The position numbers and the translations under genes are program-made. The notes beneath the pieces were generated by a model, which was given only the letters and a program-made list of their open reading frames with translations, had not been told where the DNA came from and did no database searches. A stretch of DNA of 64,000 nt from Betaproteobacteria bacterium (GTDB lineage Bacteria > Pseudomonadota > Gammaproteobacteria > Burkholderiales > SG8-41): positions 5,575 through 69,574 of the forward strand of contig JBQTHU010000001.1 in assembly GCA_052389535.1 (NCBI GenBank), read 5' to 3'. Positions 60,573-64,000 of the stretch are shown here, one piece after another (within the stretch, counting starts at the first letter, position 1; every line of letters starts with the position of its first letter).

Positions 60573-61424
60573 ATGTATGCACTCATGCGATCCATCGTCT
60601 TCCTGACGCTGCTCGCGGCGATGGCGGCGGCGGTCGCACCGGCCAGCGCCGCCCTCTTCGGCGATGATGAGGCGCGAAAACGCATCGCCGAGCAGCAGAA
60701 GCAGATCAACGCCCTGTATCAGATTCACCAGGAACTCACTGGGCGTCTGATCAAAGCCGAGGAGGCGCTCAAGAATCAGCCGGTGATGGCGCTCGCCTCG
60801 CAGATCGAGGCGTTGCGCGAGGACATGCGGCAGCTGCGCGGGCAGATCGAGGTGGTGAGCCACAACATCGACATGGCTTCCAAGCGCCAGCGCGACATGT
60901 ACATCGATCTCGACTCGCGGCTGCGGCGCCTGGAGCAGGCGAGCGCTGCGACACAGCCGCCGGTCACGCCTCCCGCAGTCCCGACGCCGCCCGCCGCCCC
61001 AAGCGGTACCGCATCACCGCCGGTCCCCGGTGCGGCGGCGAGCCCGGCGATGGACGAAGGGCGTGCGTATGAAGCGGCCCAGCTCCATCGCCGCAGCGGG
61101 AACTATCCGGTGGCGATCACGGCGTTCCAGAGCTTCATCGTGCAGCATCCGAAAAGCCCGCTCACCCCGCGCGCGCAGTACTGGATCGGCGACTCGTACT
61201 ACAACATGCGCGATTACAGGAATGCGATCGCGAACCAGCAGAAGCTGCTCAGCGCCTATCCGGACAGCTCGTCCGTGCCCGATGCGCTGCTCAACATCGC
61301 CAGCTCGCAGCAGGAACTCGGCGACGGCGCGGCGGCGCGCAAGACGCTGGACAGCCTGGTCGCGCGCTATCCGACCAGCGAAGCCGCGGAGAAGGCACGA
61401 CGCCGGCTCGCAAACGTCCGCTGA
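60573..61424 (+). CDS. cpoB: Tol-Pal system protein CpoB (YbgF)
   Basis: Signal peptide, coiled coil, and a C-terminal TPR region (AQYWIGDSYYNMRDYRNAI..). Confidence 0.9.
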   Translation: MYALMRSIVFLTLLAAMAAAVAPASAALFGDDEARKRIAEQQKQINALYQIHQELTGRLIKAEEALKNQPVMALASQIEALREDMRQLRGQIEVVSHNIDMASKRQRDMYIDLDSRLRRLEQASAATQPPVTPPAVPTPPAAPSGTASPPVPGAAASPAMDEGRAYEAAQLHRRSGNYPVAITAFQSFIVQHPKSPLTPRAQYWIGDSYYNMRDYRNAIANQQKLLSAYPDSSSVPDALLNIASSQQELGDGAAARKTLDSLVARYPTSEAAEKARRRLANVR

Positions 61425-61477
61425 GCAGCTCGTTCGCGACCTAACCCCGTGCCGCAGATGAGCGGGTCGCACGCCTG

Positions 61478-62152
61478 ATGCAGCGCGCAGTGGTTCTGCT
61501 CTCCGGCGGGCTCGATTCCGCCACGACGCTCGCCATCGCCTGCAGCGGTGGCTATGCCTGCCACTGTCTCACCATCGATTACGGCCAGCGCCATCGGGCG
61601 GAACTCGATGCCGCCGTGCGTGTCGCGACCGCCCTGCATGCGGCCGAGCACCGCGTACTGCGCTTCGATCTCACCGCGATCGGCGGCTCGGCGCTCACCG
61701 ATCCCGCTGTCCCGGTGCCCGAGGCGCCCGCCCCCGGTATCCCGATCACCTACGTGCCGGCGCGAAACACCATACTGCTCGCGCTTGCGCTGGCGTGGGC
61801 CGAGGTGCTGCAGGCGCAGGACATCTTCTTCGGCGCCAACGCCGTCGATTACTCGGGATATCCTGACTGCCGGCCGGAATACATGCGGGCCTTCCAGACG
61901 CTCGCCAATCTCGCCACCAAAGCGGGGGTGGAGGGACGCCGTCTTGCGTTGCACACGCCGATCATCATGCTCACCAAGGCGGACATCATTCGCCGGGGCG
62001 TCGAGCTGGGGGTCGATTACGCGCTCACTGTTTCGTGCTACCAGGCGGACGCCGCAGGCCGCGCCTGCGGGCGCTGTGACGCGTGCCGCCTGCGTCGCGC
62101 CGGATTCGGGGCGGCCGGCCTTACCGATCCCACGCGCTACGCGGGCCGCTGA
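61478..62152 (+). CDS. queC: 7-cyano-7-deazaguanine synthase
   Basis: [13 protein letters not shown].. and the C-terminal zinc Cys cluster SCY..CGRCDAC. Confidence 0.95.
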   Translation: MQRAVVLLSGGLDSATTLAIACSGGYACHCLTIDYGQRHRAELDAAVRVATALHAAEHRVLRFDLTAIGGSALTDPAVPVPEAPAPGIPITYVPARNTILLALALAWAEVLQAQDIFFGANAVDYSGYPDCRPEYMRAFQTLANLATKAGVEGRRLALHTPIIMLTKADIIRRGVELGVDYALTVSCYQADAAGRACGRCDACRLRRAGFGAAGLTDPTRYAGR

Positions 62153-62224
62153 GGCGCGCTAGCGGTGGAGGCTTGAATTAGAATTTGCTAATATATTTCA
62201 CCGCCCCGCGCGAGGCGCGCAGCC

Positions 62225-63307
62225 ATGAACTTCACCCTACATCACCAGGTCCTGCTCTCGGTGTTCGCGGTCGCCGCGGGTATGGGCGCCGTGGCGAACA
62301 AGACCAACTTCTGCACCATGGGCGCGGTCTCCGACTGGGTGAACATGGGCGAGCTCTCGCGCATGCGCATGTGGCTGCTCGCCATCGCGGTAGCGCTGCT
62401 CGGCGCCGCCGGGCTCGAGCTCGCCGGCCTCATCGACCTGTCGAAGTCGATCTATCCCTCGCCCAATTTCACCTGGCTTTCCTACCTGCTCGGCGGCTTC
62501 CTGTTCGGCTTCGGCATGACGCTCGGCTCGGGCTGCGGCTCGAAGACGCTGATCCGCGTCGGCACCGGCAACCTCAAGTCGCTCGTCGTCTACGTCTTCC
62601 TCGGCATCGCCGCCTACATGACGCTGCGCGGGCTGCTCGGCGCCTTCCGCGTCGGCGTGCTGGAGCGCGTCGCCATCACCCTGCCGCAGGGCCAGGACCT
62701 GCCGGCGCTGCTGGGGGTGAGCCACGCGCTGCTCGCCGCGCTCATCGGCGCCGGGCTGCTCGCGTTCGTGTACGCGAGCAGGGCGTTTCGCTCGAGCTTC
62801 GATTACACGCTCGGCGGCGTCGTCACCGGCCTGGTGGTGGTGGGCGGCTGGTACGTGAGCGGGGTGATCGGGCATGTCGCGGAGCATCCCGAGACGCTGC
62901 AGGAGGCGTTTGTCGCCACCAACACCGGCCGCATGGAGTCCTTCTCCTTCGTCGCGCCGCTCGCCTTCACGCTCGAGTACCTGATGCTGTGGACCGACAA
63001 GTCGAGGATCATCACCTACGGCGTCGCCTCGGCGGCGGGCGTGATCGCCGGCTCGGCCGCCTACGCGCTCGCCACGCGCGGCTTCCGCTGGGAGGGCTTC
63101 CGCGATGCCGAGGACACCGCCAATCACATCGTCGGCGGCCTGCTCATGGGCTTCGGCGGCATCACCGCGCTGGGCTGCACCATCGGGCAGGGAATCACCG
63201 GCTTCTCGACGCTCGCGCTCGGCTCGATCCTGACCTTCGCCGCGATCGTCGCGGGTGCGGCGGCAGCGATGAAATACCAGGTCTGGCGCGTGTCGCAGAC
63301 CGGATAA
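62225..63307 (+). CDS. yeeE: YeeE/YedE family sulfur-compound (thiosulfate-type) transporter
   Basis: Conserved Cys loops: NFCTMGA, GSGCGSKT, LGCTIGQG. Multi-pass membrane protein. Confidence 0.85.
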   Translation: MNFTLHHQVLLSVFAVAAGMGAVANKTNFCTMGAVSDWVNMGELSRMRMWLLAIAVALLGAAGLELAGLIDLSKSIYPSPNFTWLSYLLGGFLFGFGMTLGSGCGSKTLIRVGTGNLKSLVVYVFLGIAAYMTLRGLLGAFRVGVLERVAITLPQGQDLPALLGVSHALLAALIGAGLLAFVYASRAFRSSFDYTLGGVVTGLVVVGGWYVSGVIGHVAEHPETLQEAFVATNTGRMESFSFVAPLAFTLEYLMLWTDKSRIITYGVASAAGVIAGSAAYALATRGFRWEGFRDAEDTANHIVGGLLMGFGGITALGCTIGQGITGFSTLALGSILTFAAIVAGAAAAMKYQVWRVSQTG

Positions 63308-63318
63308 AGCGAGCCGCG

Positions 63319-63798
63319 CTACGGCGCCTTGAAGACGCCGGACTTGCCGCCGCGCTTTTCCTCCAGCCGCAGGTCGGTGAGGGTCATGCCGCGGTCGGCG
63401 GCCTTGAGCATGTCGTAGACGGTGAGCAGCCCGACGGCGGCGGCGGTGAGCGCCTCCATCTCCACCCCGGTCTGCCCGCGGCATTCCACCGTGGCGAGGA
63501 CTTTCACGGCTGCAGGACTTTTCTGCAAAGTAAAATCGACTGCCACTCTTGTGATCGCAATCGGGTGCGCGAGGGGAATCAGCGCGGCGGTGCGCTTGGC
63601 CGCCTGGATCGCGGCGATGCGCGCGACCCCGAGCACATCGCCCTTCTTCGCGCCGCCGGCGGCGACGAGCTGCAGCGTCGCCGGCCGCATGCGGATGCGC
63701 CCCGAGGCCACCGCGACGCGGTGCGTGCTCGCTTTCGCGCCCACGTCTACCATGTGGGCATCCCCCCGCGGGCCGAAGTGGCTCAGTTTTCGCGACAT
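63319..63798 (-). CDS. moaC: Cyclic pyranopterin monophosphate synthase MoaC
   Basis: [34 protein letters not shown]. Confidence 0.95.
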   Translation of the reverse strand: MSRKLSHFGPRGDAHMVDVGAKASTHRVAVASGRIRMRPATLQLVAAGGAKKGDVLGVARIAAIQAAKRTAALIPLAHPIAITRVAVDFTLQKSPAAVKVLATVECRGQTGVEMEALTAAAVGLLTVYDMLKAADRGMTLTDLRLEEKRGGKSGVFKAP

Positions 63799-63819
63799 GG
63801 CGTGGCGCTATCATAAACA

Positions 63820-64000
63820 ATGCGCTGCATTGCCATTATCCTGAGCGCCCTCGTCGCCGCCGGCGCCGCCGGGCAGACGCTGCCCGACCTGGGCAGCGCC
63901 GGCGACGCCGTGCTCTCCCCGCAGACCGAGCGGCGCATCGGCGAGAGCCTCGTGCGCGACATCCGCTTTCGCGAGCCGACCTACCTCGACGACCCGGAGG
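63820..64000 (+). CDS. bepA: M48-family beta-barrel assembly-enhancing protease BepA, N-terminal fragment (continues past the window)
   Basis: Signal peptide then LPDLGSAGDAVLSPQTERRIGESLVRDIR..LDDPE, matching the BepA/YfgC N-terminal pattern (LPDMG.SAG..LS). Confidence 0.7.
   Translation, partial: MRCIAIILSALVAAGAAGQTLPDLGSAGDAVLSPQTERRIGESLVRDIRFREPTYLDDPE

Noticed and set aside
61425-61477. A search for a preQ1 riboswitch upstream of queC and a Moco riboswitch upstream of moaC.
   Set aside because: The queC leader is 53 nt and has only a generic GCGACC/GGTCGC hairpin, with no preQ1-like conserved core. moaC has only a 21-nt divergent spacer, too short for a Moco element.

Overview
This is a high-GC (~65%), very gene-dense window of about 85 protein genes and one tRNA. 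The gene order looks like a beta-proteobacterial core chromosome; that taxon call is an inference from synteny, not a search result. Recognisable blocks, in order:
- ybeD-dat-dac
- an ECF sigma / small zinc anti-sigma pair next to a PCu(A)C copper chaperone
- hsp20 with a sigma-32 promoter
- argB / HAD nucleotidase / slmA
- moeB, ctp-envC-gpmI
- rhodanese-grxC-secB-SH3-gpsA
- trmL-comF
- bioBFHCD
- a 9-kb aa3 cytochrome oxidase structural and assembly supercluster (DUF2244, coxB, coxA, a 33-aa micro-ORF, ctaG, DUF2970, coxC, DUF2909, SURF1, a Sco-like protein, ctaA, ctaB, sco)
- rpoH-ftsXEY, an M16 peptidase pair, rsmD-coaD-ferredoxin, mutM
- a GldA/F/G-like ABC module with a DUF4340 partner
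- TPR-lolB-ispE-tRNA(Gln)-prs-rplY-GNAT-pth-ychF
- DUF1840, EamA plus a HerA-like DUF853 ATPase
- yebC-ruvCAB, ybgC-tolQRAB-pal-cpoB, queC, yeeE, moaC, and the start of bepA

I see no mobile elements, CRISPR arrays, prophage or defence islands, and no unexplained intergenic gap longer than about 165 nt. I cannot honestly point to a clear-cut new multi-gene system.

The observations most worth a second look are:
- the function-unknown ABC/GldG/DUF4340 module
- a divergent second Sco-like CxxxC protein inside the cox cluster
- an (AAN)n-rich, terminator-capped coxC 3' UTR that looks like an Hfq-type RNA
- a two-copy family of long REP-like hairpins, one of which supplies the C-terminus and stop codon of a ferredoxin
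- a ruvC that seems to need an AUU start codon
- readable heat-shock wiring: a sigma-E-type promoter on rpoH and a sigma-32 promoter on hsp20
- unannotated micro-ORFs (Thx-like ribosomal protein, 33-aa oxidase assembly peptide)

All protein family calls come from reading the translated ORFs and from remembered family motifs. No database search was run.
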